Of a stretch of 64,000 bases of DNA, positions 39,574-50,984 are shown piece after piece. Position 1 is the stretch's first letter. Each line of letters begins with the position of its first letter. A model generated the notes under the pieces. The model ran no database searches and was not told where the DNA came from. It saw nothing but the letters and a program-made list of their open reading frames with translations. The stretch covers positions 9,005,510 to 9,069,509 of the forward strand of contig CM082595.2 of the NCBI GenBank assembly GCA_040954595.2. The letters run 5' to 3'. This DNA comes from Balanoglossus misakiensis. Lineage: Eukaryota > Animalia > Hemichordata. A program made the translations under genes and the position numbers.

Positions 39574-40382
39574 GTATAAGGTGATTTGGATGACCTCTGT
39601 CATAGAGTGCCATATCTCATCCCGTTGTACAGGTGCAGCTTTGGTATTTGGAGGGATGAAACTATCATGAAATGCCAAATACAGGGGGATACCTTTGACA
39701 CCTGCTTGATTCATGTATTACGTGCATACCTAATGTTAGGCAAAGTGAAAGGGCTGCAAATGTAGGATTTGTTGCACAAGACATAAACAGGAATGAAATT
39801 TTTCTGTCAAATTTTTGAATGACCTCAGGTGTCCATTGACCTGCTTTCCATATGTTAGCATGCACATCATATATAGCCACGTGTTTGGAGGGGTAGGGTA
39901 GGACCGTCATGAAATGCTAAATTCCTAGGGCCACCTGTAACTTACTTGCGTAACTCATTATTATGGCCATACCTAATTTTAAAAACCCAAAGGGCGAGAA
40001 TTTTCCGTTGTCTTGAATATGAACCAAATAGGAATCCAAATTTTTGGCCCAATTTTTGGGTACCCTCAGCTGACCTTTGAAGTACTTAACTGAAGTCCTT
40101 ACATAACGTAGAAGTTCACTTGTAGTTGTTGTGTTTGTACTTGTAGGACATCCATTTCGGGTGGTTGCCTACTTCCCCATATCTCCGCATCCAGAGCAAA
40201 TACAGCCTACGCAATTGAATGGTACAACCCTGAATGGAGTCTAATGGTTATTATCTCTATGCTTGGGCCCCTTCAATGCTGCTTGGAGCTTTAATTATTA
40301 CTATTATTATTGTCACGATATAAAGACACCAACTAAAAACTTACAAAATCACAATGTCTTCACAACTCAAAATTTCACTCAC

Positions 40383-41475
40383 TTCTTTTAGTTTGGTAGC
40401 CACCCCTCCTTTCTGTCCAAGCATAACAGGAGCACCATCACTGCCCAAAGCAGACAGACGATCTCTTAAGACAATACCATTCTCTGAAGAAAACTCTTTC
40501 ACTGACTGTGCAATGGTGTCTGCTCTGCCATCACCAACCTAAAACAGTGAAAATAAAACCTTGATGTTAACACATGCAATGTACAACTCAATGTTTGTCT
40601 CACCTGAAATAACTAGTCAGCAAAATCAATTAAATGAGGTCACTCAAAAACATGTTTAATCGTATGTTTTTAATTCAGTGTAGACTTAAAAATTGAAAAA
40701 CTTTCCACTTACTTCTTTAACTCCAAGGAAAGACACAACTGACTTCCCAGACTTCAAGGTGTACTTGGAATAGATGATTAATTGCTTCAATACAGCCACA
40801 TCAGTTGTTTTCATCTATTAACAGTGAATAGAAGTTACTTCCTTTCATCTTCTCTAAAATCTCATCACGGATGACTTTGCCTGAAAAATGAAATAAATGA
40901 AAATTACTCTTCAGATTAAACTTATCAAAATTCACAGTAATTTGTACAGTAATTATTCTTTATTGAGTGTAACACTATTGCTTAAACAGTGATCCTTTCT
41001 TGAAAACAACCAGGTTTAAATAAATGTTACTACATTGCCTACAATTTAGATCTGCACAAAAATCAGTAGACCTACTTACCAATGCAATAAACCATTATAG
41101 TTGTGGTCATCACTGCTGAGAGTACCAAGGAATGAACACCCGAGGGACTTTGCCAATTCCAAAACATGGATGAAGTTGGTGGTGTGCGGCAATTCTCTGT
41201 GCATGAGAAAATACATGCATCGTAGGACGCCGATGCATGAAGGCTTGCGTCTCAAAGGTGATGACCTTGTCAAATGCAGCCACAAGACCGCTGCTGTTCT
41301 CCATAACTGCTGCCTCGGCGTCAAGCTGCATTGCCGCCCAGTCGATAATCGTCTCTTCATGCTGCTTGAGTTTGTCTTCGCGAAGGGTGGTACATGTACA
41401 TGGAGATGTTGTAACCCAAGTCCCTCCGCACTTGGCCTTCTGCTTGTGTTTTGTACAAAGGCGACAAAACATCCC
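40383..41475 (-). pseudogene. Intron-containing hAT transposase remnant (ZNF862-like), three exons: ~41475-41080, 40880-40713, 40538-40383
   Basis: GMFCRLCTKH...W...C zinc-finger-like N-terminus; MYFLMHRELPHTTNF; YSLLIDE/TTDVAVLKQL (first catalytic Asp, broken by a +1 frameshift); LGSDGAPVMLGQKGGVATKL (second Asp). GT-AG introns at 41079-40881 and 40712-40539; phases fit once the frameshifts are allowed for. Confidence 0.85.
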
Positions 41476-42560
41476 TAAACTGAATAAATATCATTCTCTC
41501 AAATGCCAGCCGCATGCGGGAGCGTGCACCAGAAACAATAAATATTTACCAAGGCGGGAATGAAAAGAAAGCAGGGCGGCGCGTAAGATAGCAGGGTGGC
41601 AAAAAATAAAGGAGGGCGGGCCTGCCCAGCTAACCCCCCCCCCCAAAGTATTAACGCTCTGTGTTTACCATAGACTAATAGTGTCTCAAATTTTACCCTG
41701 TGTGAACCTGGTAAGAGACGTGTCTCAAATCTGAGAAGATTCAGGACCACTTAAACCATTCACCAATAATAATTTATGCCAGTATTTGATCTGAGACGTT
41801 TTAGCAATTTCTTGTGTGACCCCCATATCAGTTGAAGCTGACAAATCCAGTATTTTGAATTTTTACATGGATTTTGTATACAGTGTGAATTGTAATTAAA
41901 GCTCCATTACCTTTACCTTTTTCCTATGTTTTCAGTATCTTTGTTTAGCAGTTTCTTGTGCAAATTCCCGAAACATGATGAAACATATATGTGTATGGTC
42001 AGCATTGTTATTGTGCCAAATTGGAATTTAAGTCCAGACTAGAATCCATGAATTATTGTCAACAATGACAATGGCCATTATACACATACATTCTGTGCTG
42101 ACAAGTAACAATCTGTGTGGAGTAGAACATGAAATCGCATTTGCTACATAGAACAAAAATACTGGAAATAAAGCCAAAAGATACAACGAATGTATATTTA
42201 ACTTTAACTGCATTCTCATTCTCATCTGTATATATTTTACTGAGATTGTTTCATCAGGGTTTATCAGTATTCTAAACCAGCTTATGTGTGCATACAATCT
42301 GATTAAAATCAGATGTAGGGTACGGCGACGTCTTTTACTTCGCAGTACGGTATTCTTATACTGTCGCCTCACACTACATCTGACCAACTCCCATAGAAGC
42401 TCCCGTTGAAAATTCTAGTAAACCAATCAGACGGTGCCTTATAGAGAACTTTAGGTATCCTTCAGTTTTGATTGACATAACGTGCAATCTGATTGGCTTG
42501 GCCGCAACGGGACGTTGAACAAGCTTCTATATCTGATTCATATAATACTGAAAGGGTTAA

Positions 42561-43502
42561 GAATGGCACACACTACATGTATGAGCTCATGGAATGTGTT
42601 TCTTCCCATAGGATAACATTGAGAATTGATAGAAAACCCTTTTCTACTATTGTAATTTTAAGAAGTTTCACTCATAACTCATCCAAATGAAATTAAATTG
42701 AGTGATTCATATAAGTTGTAGGCTCACCACTGTGCTCAGTTTTGAGATAAACTTAAATGTGTCCATGCCTATAGAAAAATAACATAGAAAGACCTATGGT
42801 GAAAAATGTTGACTTTAATTCAGGCTGCATTAGTGGAAAAATAATCATACTTTGTCTGGCATAGAAACTCAGAATCTACAAAAAAGGCCTTTAAAACATG
42901 AATGGAAATGAAAATACTGCTACAATAAGAAATTCTTACCTTGAATAAAGTATTTATTGGTACCACCACTTCCATAAAGAAACCACTTTGCTGGTGTAAT
43001 GAGTTGTCAATCTGGGTTTGCTCATTGGCCTTGCTTTGAGTTCCAATTCATGATGATGGTGTATTAGGACACTGGACTTGAAACAGGTGTATGCTGGTAT
43101 TATACACGTTGAAAGTATTGTCATTCTTTTAATTGTGGATTTTTGGATTATGCTGTGTATGTATAATGAGAATCCGTTAAAAATTGTAGGGGTCATTGCC
43201 CTTTTAAAAAAAAATACAGAGCCATGAATTTAGTTGATAATAGAAGAAATTTGCTGTCTCAGCATTTTTCACCAATGCTTTGTCTATGGGCGAAGATTTT
43301 AACGCAATTTATCTCATAATAGAGCTTGGTGACCACATAATTTTTTTTGACCAATGAATTTACGTTTACTTGACTGAGGTATGTGTAAAATTTCGTGAAA
43401 AAGACAATAGTAGAAGTTTGTTTTCTGGCAATTATCGATGTAATCCTTTCAGGAACAGACACACATGCACTGTTTATCAGTTTATGTTGTGCGTGTACAT
43501 CC
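42561..43502. mobile_element. Degenerate TTAA-flanked foldback element (Kolobok-like)
   Basis: TTAA at 42557-60 and 43503-06. Weak TIR gaatggcacac / gtgtacatcc. Inverted arms at 42605-42815 and 43258-43420. Confidence 0.45.
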
Positions 43503-43807
43503 TTAAATGGTATTTGCCTCTCATGCCTTCCAAATTGTGGTTCTGTTCTAGTGTTTTTGTTAAGGGCGGTACCTAGATAAAATCTACCGGAGTACCCCAG
43601 TCACTCCGAATTAAAACAACAGAACAAGGCCAATGTCACAGTGGTCAGGCAGTCTACCAGACTTCCCCAGTCATTTTACCGGGGTTCCCCTGGGTGTATC
43701 AATGTGGTTATATTAGGAGGTTATAGGAATATTAACGGGGTTCCCAAATCCATTACCAGTGTTCCCCGACCTTTGCAAAAACACTGTGTTCTTTTTATCC
43801 TCCACAG

Positions 43808-44015
43808 GAAGAGACAAAGAAAAGCATAGCAACCTCTGCTGATACTGCCACAACAAGCACAAGCACAAACACACCCCAGCCTGTAGCTTCTGCGAACCAA
43901 CAACCCCCACCCTATCCAGCCGCAGCATACCAGCAACACTTCCAGCAGATGTCATACCCGAACCCATTCGTGTCTCAGTACGCTGCGTTTGCAGGAGCCG
44001 GACAGCCGCCACGAT
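43808..44015 (+). other. Orphan exon-like open segment encoding a T/P/Q/Y/A-rich peptide
   Basis: Acceptor gttctttttatcctccacag, then the stop-free EETKKSIATSADTATTSTSTNTPQPVASANQQPPPYPAAAYQQHFQQMSYPNPFVSQYAAFAGAGQPPR. GC-richer than its flanks. No donor site; it runs into repeat DNA. Confidence 0.45.
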
Positions 44016-44349
44016 ATAACATCAATTATATTTGTTTTCTGAAAATGCCTATTGTTGACCAAAAGATGGCTAAATGGCAATTTTGTACTGAGCGGGGTGT
44101 CTCAATAAGACCGTTGTGCTGGTATCAGCATATTTTTTGCACACACACACACACAAAAAACGAATTTACATACATCACAAGGGCTCTGAATATAAAGGAA
44201 TAAGTTTGTATTTATTTTTTCTAACAGTTACCTTTTTGAGCAAAGAGGCCAAAATGATATTTTTTTCCCTCAGTGGGGTCAGTAAGAGTGGGTTTTTTAG
44301 TACTTTTATTTATCATTTGATCACCAATGGGAAGAAAATGGCATAATTT

Positions 44350-45480
44350 TCGTATTTTCTAGAAATGACACTTTTTGGGCAAAAACTTGCCAAAAAGGCA
44401 CTTTTATCTTGAGTGGCATCAATAAAACTGCTTTTTTGGAAACTTTTCACATACAGTGGGCATATAATTCATTATCAGATCTCCGAAAGTGAAGAAAATA
44501 TATAAATTTTGAGTGTTTTCTGAAAATGACGTTTTGGGGGCAAAAAGTGGCAAAATGGCATTTTTTCTTGAGTAGGATCAATAAGACTGCTATTTCTGGA
44601 ATCAGCACCATTTTTTACATAGGATGAACATTTCATATATAACATGATCTCTGAGCTTTATGAAGAAAAGTTTGTTTTTAATTTTTTTTCTAAAAATGGC
44701 CTTTTTGGGCAAAAACATTCCAAAAGGGCATTTTTGCATTAGGTTGGGTCAATAAATCTGCTTTTTTCGAATAATCACCAGATTTTACATAGGGTGGGCA
44801 TATAATACATTATCAGATCTCCGAAAGTGAAGAAAATATATAAATTTTGTGTGTTTTCTGAAAATGACGTTTTGGGGCAAAAAGTGGCAAAAATGGCATT
44901 TTTTCTTGAGTAGGGTCAATAAGACTGCTATTTCTGGAATCAGCACCATTTTTTACATAGAATGGACATTTCATATATCCAATGATCTCTGAATATGATA
45001 AACACAATTTATTTTTAGTTTTTTTGTAAAAATGACCTTTTTTGACCACAAAAAGTGGCCAAAAATGGCATTTTTGTATTGATTGAGGTCAAAAAGACTG
45101 CTTTATTTTTTAAAGTCACCACTTTTAACATAGAATTGACTTTCCATATATCACCAGATCAATCATTATGAAGAAAACCGTGTGTTTTATTTTTTTTCTA
45201 AAAATGACGTTTTTGGGGCAAAAATTGGTCAAAAAGGCAATTTTCTGTTGTTTTGGGTCAATCGAACTACTTTTTTCGTAATATTCACCAAATTTTACAT
45301 AGAATAAGCATATCATATGTTATCAGATCTCAGAATGTGACGAAAACAATGTGTTTTTAGTGTTTTCTAAAAAAGACCATTTTGGGGTTAAAAAAGGCCA
45401 AAATGGCAATTTTGTCTTGAGTGGGGTTAATAAGACTGACTTTTTTGGAATGAGCACCATTTTTTACATAGAATGGACTT
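44350..45480. repeat. Diverged ~168-bp tandem array (~7 units) with a ~338-bp dimer
   Basis: Units begin ttttct(g/a)aaaatgac..tttgggg?caaaaa near 44356, 44516, 44686, 44854, 45022, 45195 and 45363. 44456-44660 is near-identical to 44794-44995. Confidence 0.8.
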
Positions 45481-47802
45481 CTCAAACCTTCCTTACCAAA
45501 AATTCTGATTAACGGCACCTATCTCATAGTGTAACCAGACTACAAGTGAAGAACCCCAGTAACAGACGTAACGAACAAACAAACTACATGTACTAACAAC
45601 AAAGAAAGAAAAGTGTCAAGCGTCGTCAAAGAAAACGAAATAGTTCTAGCATGGTTGGTAAAAGTTATTGGTAGAAAACGAATAGGGCCTTCTACAAATG
45701 ACGTCTCAGACCCGCAAACGCCACCAGAACACAAAACACATGCACAGAACAGTTTAAGCCGGTTGTTGTATGGAGCAGCAATAATCTGCGGTTGGGCCGT
45801 CGTAGATTTTCGCTGGTGGTGAAAATAAATAAAACACGATCGATGTTCGATTTATTCCAGATCACATGCGTTTACGGCCAGAAGAGAGCATAAAAGTCTT
45901 CAAATGACCATGTGGTGGCGCACTTTTTCCGATTGGCTGTATTTCAATTTGTTCGTGGTAAATTAATTTTGTGGAGGTGACCGGCACTGAAGCTCTTAGC
46001 TAGGATGAGGTGGGATGGAAAAATGCCCCATTTGACTCATTTTAGCTGTTTTAAAATATACGACTATTTATAGACAAAAGGAAAATAAAACAAGCGCAAA
46101 AACATACCAAACCTAGTTTTATTAATTACAAAAAAAAATTGCTGAGTAAAGGTTTTCATGTGGGCATTCACTTTGAACTTGCTAAATTAATTTAAAGAGA
46201 CAAAGTCGCTCTCTCTTTGTCCTTTTGCGATGATGGAATGCTTGCTTGAAGTCTCTCGTGCAATAAATGATGTCGATTCATACATGTATGGATGGTGTAT
46301 AGGTGGTCGGAATTTACATGTCTTTGCCACGTCCAAACCAAAAACACATAAAATCAAACTTTGGGTCATGAAATCGAGTTTTGTTACAGTCTAGAATTTC
46401 ATGCCACCCCTTTTGGTCATATTATTCTTGGTAGGCAAAAGTGACAAGTAGTCAAGTTTCAACACAGGCAACATTTTTACAAACAAACCACAAAGAAGAC
46501 ATCAAAAGGGAGAGAATTATAGAATGGTCAATGTGTGAATAGTTAAGATACGTAAAGTGGCCGGGTTCAACATAACATTAACTCATCGACTTCATATCGT
46601 CTTCATGCCATGGTTTTGCCTGCCCTGAAAGTTCTTGTCGTTGCAGAAGTGGTTTTGACAGAAAGAATTTAGTCTTCCGGGATGTTTGTGATTATTTGAA
46701 CACCAGACAATACAATGCAACCTTGACTTCCAAAATACTTACCGGCATTGCATTATCTTACCATGGTTAGGCCTACAGAGAACAAATTTTCAACAATATT
46801 TTCTGAGTTACCGCTGATATTTGTTTTGTAGTATGGATATTAAATTATACATCCCGATACAAAACAGAATGTTATAGAATCCTTCCTGAGTGATATTGAA
46901 AAAAATACCGGAATGCTATAGCCTAATCTATGGTTAGGGTTATTGCTATTATTTTATATCAGTAATCGACTTTGTGTATATCAATGTCATTTTCATAACG
47001 AAAATGAACTCGAGTCTAATGTAAACGTTACGAATTGATCGAAAGGCGCTCTGATGAATGTTAACACGAGTGCGCAATGACAAGACATGCATCGTGCATG
47101 ACAGTGACAACAGTTCCAATAGAGCAGTTAAAAAATAAACCGGCCGTCCGTAAATTTATCAGCTATATTTTTTTTTATTTAGTCACGTTTTCCCTGTTGC
47201 ATGCTATTAGTTCAGGGGCCAGTTTTAGCAGTGCTCTATTGAGTACTTTCGTATCGATGGATTGATCTCTCGTCCAATCAGAATGGCGGATGGTAGCATG
47301 ATCCGACATATTGCGTATTACAATAGGGCCTCCTCATACAGGTCAGAACAGAGAGGTCATTCCTTTTATTTTAGGACGTCTCAGCTCCTTTGTCTTTTCT
47401 GTTATTTTTTGACAAATGCGGATTGACGTTCCATTTCCAATTGGCGATAATTATATTTATTTGTATTTTATTGCATAAGCGCTTGCTAGTCGTTTTTTAG
47501 CAATTTTTTTTGTAGTACAAAAACACTGAAGAAAACGAAATATTTTATTCATTCGCACTTCCAAAGAACACCGTGACATAATTCCTCAATTTGCATTTCA
47601 GTGTGTGTGTCTGGTGTGTCTGCATTGACGTGAGGCGCATTCTCCACCCGCACACATACGTTGCATTGCATTCTTTGACTAATTAGTGTTACGTCATGTT
47701 GAAGCAGGATTCTGATTGAGTAGTAAGTAAGTTGCATAATTGACGCACAGCTGGTGCCTCGTTCTCGTACCGCTGACCATTGCATTTGAAAAATCATTGC
47801 AG

Positions 47803-47865
47803 CTTTGACGTTCATCAAGCATGGAGGTCCCGGTCGCCTCCATGCTTGATGATGTCGTTTCTCTG
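47803..47865 (+). other. Exon-like cassette a (63 bp) containing a perfect 16-bp hairpin
   Basis: Upstream donor gtaagt (47723), branch-like ctgac (47773), acceptor ttgcag, and donor gtaagc at 47866. Confidence 0.45.
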
Positions 47866-48438
47866 GTAAGCATGGCATTTAATGTTATTTTACAAGTACA
47901 TGTTGTACACTCCTTCTAGCAAAAAATGGTCGTGGTAGGGCGAGAGGGTCCTCCCAACATCGAAATTCTGACTTTGGGAAGCGTTACAGCACCAAACAGT
48001 AAACTCACAGTCGCATGGAATTTGTGCGTTATATTACACCGTGCGAGTAAATTGTACGTCGTTCGTTGGCTCGAGTCAGTCAAAAAATGCCAACAGTAAC
48101 CCTAACTGTTGAATATACCCTAACACTTACATGTCAACAAACCATATTTATTAATAAAGAAATATGTATTTGTTTATTATGCCAATCAACAACAACAAAC
48201 AAACAATAAAATCGCGGAGGGAGGAGCCCCCTGTGGTAACACACTACAGTATAACTTTTAAGGCAAAGCGATAGCGAATAAACTGACCAGGGTTGGTTTT
48301 GTTGTTGGGGAGATTTTTGGCACCATTGAGACTGTTAAAAGCTACCAGTGGGAGCTATGGTATAGCCGTTAACACGCAGCCCTGCCACGCAGAGCTTCTA
48401 TGACTGGTTACTAACTTCTATGTCTATTTGATTCACAG

Positions 48439-48513
48439 ATGCTGCCTGAAACTGTCTGCGTTTCAACTCGGGATTCTCTTCCTTGTCCGGGGCGAGTTTA
48501 AGACCGCTCAATG
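48439..48513 (+). other. Exon-like cassette b (75 bp), copy A
   Basis: Consensus branch point TACTAAC, acceptor ttgattcacag and donor gtaagc. Confidence 0.55.
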
Positions 48514-48755
48514 GTAAGCATGACTTGCTTTATATTTGCTTTTATCGGGTGTTGCAACCGAAACAATAGGAAGAAATGTATGTCTACGAACTAATTTACA
48601 TATTCCAGCTTTCAATACAATGTACCTGTTTTTTCCCCTTCGAATTCTGGCCTCGATTGCTTGTGATATGATCGTGATGTCATGAATTAGATGGACAACT
48701 CACAAGTTCAAATCTTCACGTGGAGCATAAAATAAATGTGGATGCATTTCCTTAA

Positions 48756-49102
48756 AGGGACAAAGTCTCTCTCTCGCTGCCCTTTTTTCCATTAATTATA
48801 TTTGATACAAGACACCGTTTGTTATTCTACATGTAGATATATAGTGAATGAACGTTCAGCCACACACAACTTCCGTCCCACTTGTAGACACGAGAGTAAA
48901 AATACTCGCCAAAATGAATAATCGTTCTTTACCATTTATTCATTTTGGGCGAGTTTTTACTCTCATATCATACAAGCGGGATGGAAGTTTTGTGTGGTTG
49001 ATCATTTATTCACTATATATCCAAATGTACATTGACATAAACAGTGTCTTGTATCAAACATAATTAATGGAAAAAGGACAGCGACAGAGAGACTTTGTCC
49101 CT
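48756..49102. mobile_element. Full-length Kolobok/T2-type foldback MITE (347 bp)
   Basis: TTAA at 48752-55 and 49103-06; TIR agggacaaagtctct / agagactttgtccct; the whole element is an imperfect palindrome. An empty site with a single TTAA lies at 55220-23 in the duplicate. Confidence 0.95.
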
Positions 49103-49440
49103 TTAACCATATAGCTAAAATTACTCCCATATCAATACACAGGGAGATACTTTAACTTTGGCTGAACGTGTGCTAGTCCAACACTATGCTTAATCAAACT
49201 GGCTAAGAGATCTGTTATTATATTAGACGCATGAAGGAAAGTAATGTTGTTTAGAGTGAAATAAAACAATACTTTAGGCCAGAAAGAAAAATGTAAATCA
49301 TGACACAAATAGGCTGGAAATTTTTTCTGACCCTATATTATACCATGTTTTGCATATTTTCACTAATTTGTATGGCCCACATAATTCTAAAGCAAGGTTG
49401 ATTGGTTACTAATTAATATTTGCATATATTTGATTCACAG

Positions 49441-49513
49441 TCTTAAACACAGCATTTCAACGTATGCCGGAGGAGGAAGAGAATACCTAGGCCTGATCCA
49501 AGACCGCTTTCCG
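49441..49513 (+). other. Exon-like cassette c (73 bp), copy A
   Basis: ggttactaat...tttgattcacag acceptor and gtaagc donor. Paralogous to cassette b and identical to 56176-56248. Confidence 0.55.
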
Positions 49514-50984
49514 GTAAGCACACCTTGCTGTATACATGCTCCATAGCTTGTTTGTAAATGCTACCTTTTCCCATCAAATAGTGAAGTCACCCTTTTAAAA
49601 TTATGGTGGTGGCAAGCCACAACTGGTTATCATGAAGAGTTGGACACCACTAATAATCATTTTAATATTTTCCAATTGGTAACCTTTATGTACCACTATC
49701 CTCAACAATTTCAGTCAACAAGATTCATATTGCGCTGTATAGCAAGGCCAAACAAATATGACTGATTGATAGGGATTTTTCTGAAAATGTGACAAAATCA
49801 ACAAATAAACAATAATCAGTCACCAATCATGCATTATGTGTTATTCGAGGGAACCTGAGCGGGTCCCATAAACCTGCCAACCCATGCTAGCCATGACTTT
49901 ACAAATGTTTCCGTCATACTATGCAGAAAATTCTGGCTGCTTTAAATAGGTTTTTCACTTTGCGCTAGGTGTCAAATCTCATTGCATTCTGGGCGGAAAG
50001 TCCATAACCAACTGTAGTAAGAGATAGAAGAAATGATATGTTTACTGTATTTCATGACTTCCTTCGGTCAAACATTTCTGTCTCGGTAGTTAGCATATTA
50101 AACTTTTTTTCACTTTTGCTATTTTTTCTGTTAAAAAGTTCAAGAATGACCCATCATCATTTTAGCTTATGAACTCCCATTTCTTTAACATGGCAAAAAT
50201 CGGCCATCTTGAAATTATCGACCGTATGAGATTTTCATCACTCATTTAGGGTAGCTTAAAACGTGTTTAAAGTAGGGAGAATTGTATAGGCAAGACTTGG
50301 GCTGTAAATTTGATGAAATAGCTACATGACTATTGTTCACAAGCAGCTGACTGTACTGTAAGACTGGAAGTGTTGTGTACATATTTTACATATTCAATAT
50401 TTGTAATTAGACCATGTCATGTATATCTTGGGGATTGCTCGATCACAATGTCTCTGCTGGTACAATGTCCTTTTAACATGTTCAGTAATATGGTAGTAAT
50501 TGTAAGTTTGTGTGCGGCATTTGTAAATTATTTACAATTTATAAATTATTTTGTAAGTTTCTTCATTCTCAAATTGCTTGCCTAACGTACTGCATTAACA
50601 TTTAAATTTTGGTATGATTTTGAGTAGACTTTTTGTTTCAAAATTATTTTTGACACTTTTGGGTGATATGATTTTACATGGAAAATCTGATTTCCCTGTA
50701 ATTCGGTTGACAGGATTTTCATCATATCTCTAAATCATGAAGTACATGTATCAGACTTGCATCAGGCCCCCAAAATTCTAGTCGCCTTTGGCAAGTAATA
50801 TTAGCCATTGATCTGGGAAAGTTACAAAAATGTGTTGTCCAAGGACGTTGAAGGTACATGTGGTTTTTACACTTGCTGCATGTTTATAATTTGCAATAGA
50901 AATAGACACTCAGTGCCAGCCCACTATCCCGTCTCTTTATTGCTGACTTGTATGTATGTACGTATGTACGCATTTTATCAGAAT

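Larger units (their letters stand above)
34876..40294 (+). mobile_element. Non-autonomous Helentron/HINE-like element containing nested LINE and MITE insertions
   Basis: 5' end: T-run, ggggccaag...cttggtcccc hairpin (34881-34911) and a (ctt) tract. 3' end: matching subterminal IR cttgggcccc (40262-40271), short stem-loop gctgcttggagc, then tttaatt. Diverged internal direct repeats at 35282-35408/38017-38139, and ~240-bp units at 38300-38720 and 39580-40080. This matches the described Helentron/DINE-1 architecture. Confidence 0.6.

Noticed and set aside
41101-41563. Plus-strand ORFs (125 and 108 aa)
   Set aside because: They are antisense shadows of the hAT transposase exon.
42423-42495. ccaatcaga...tctgattgg inverted repeat as a promoter CCAAT pair or RNA hairpin
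   Set aside because: The stem is only ~9-10 bp, and such motifs are common inside invertebrate DNA-transposon remnants; there is no supporting context.
50311-50350. C/D box snoRNA (TGATGA...CTGA), also at 57239 and 57439
   Set aside because: The boxes are only ~30 nt apart, there is no terminal stem or recognisable rRNA antisense element, and the copies are explained by duplication.
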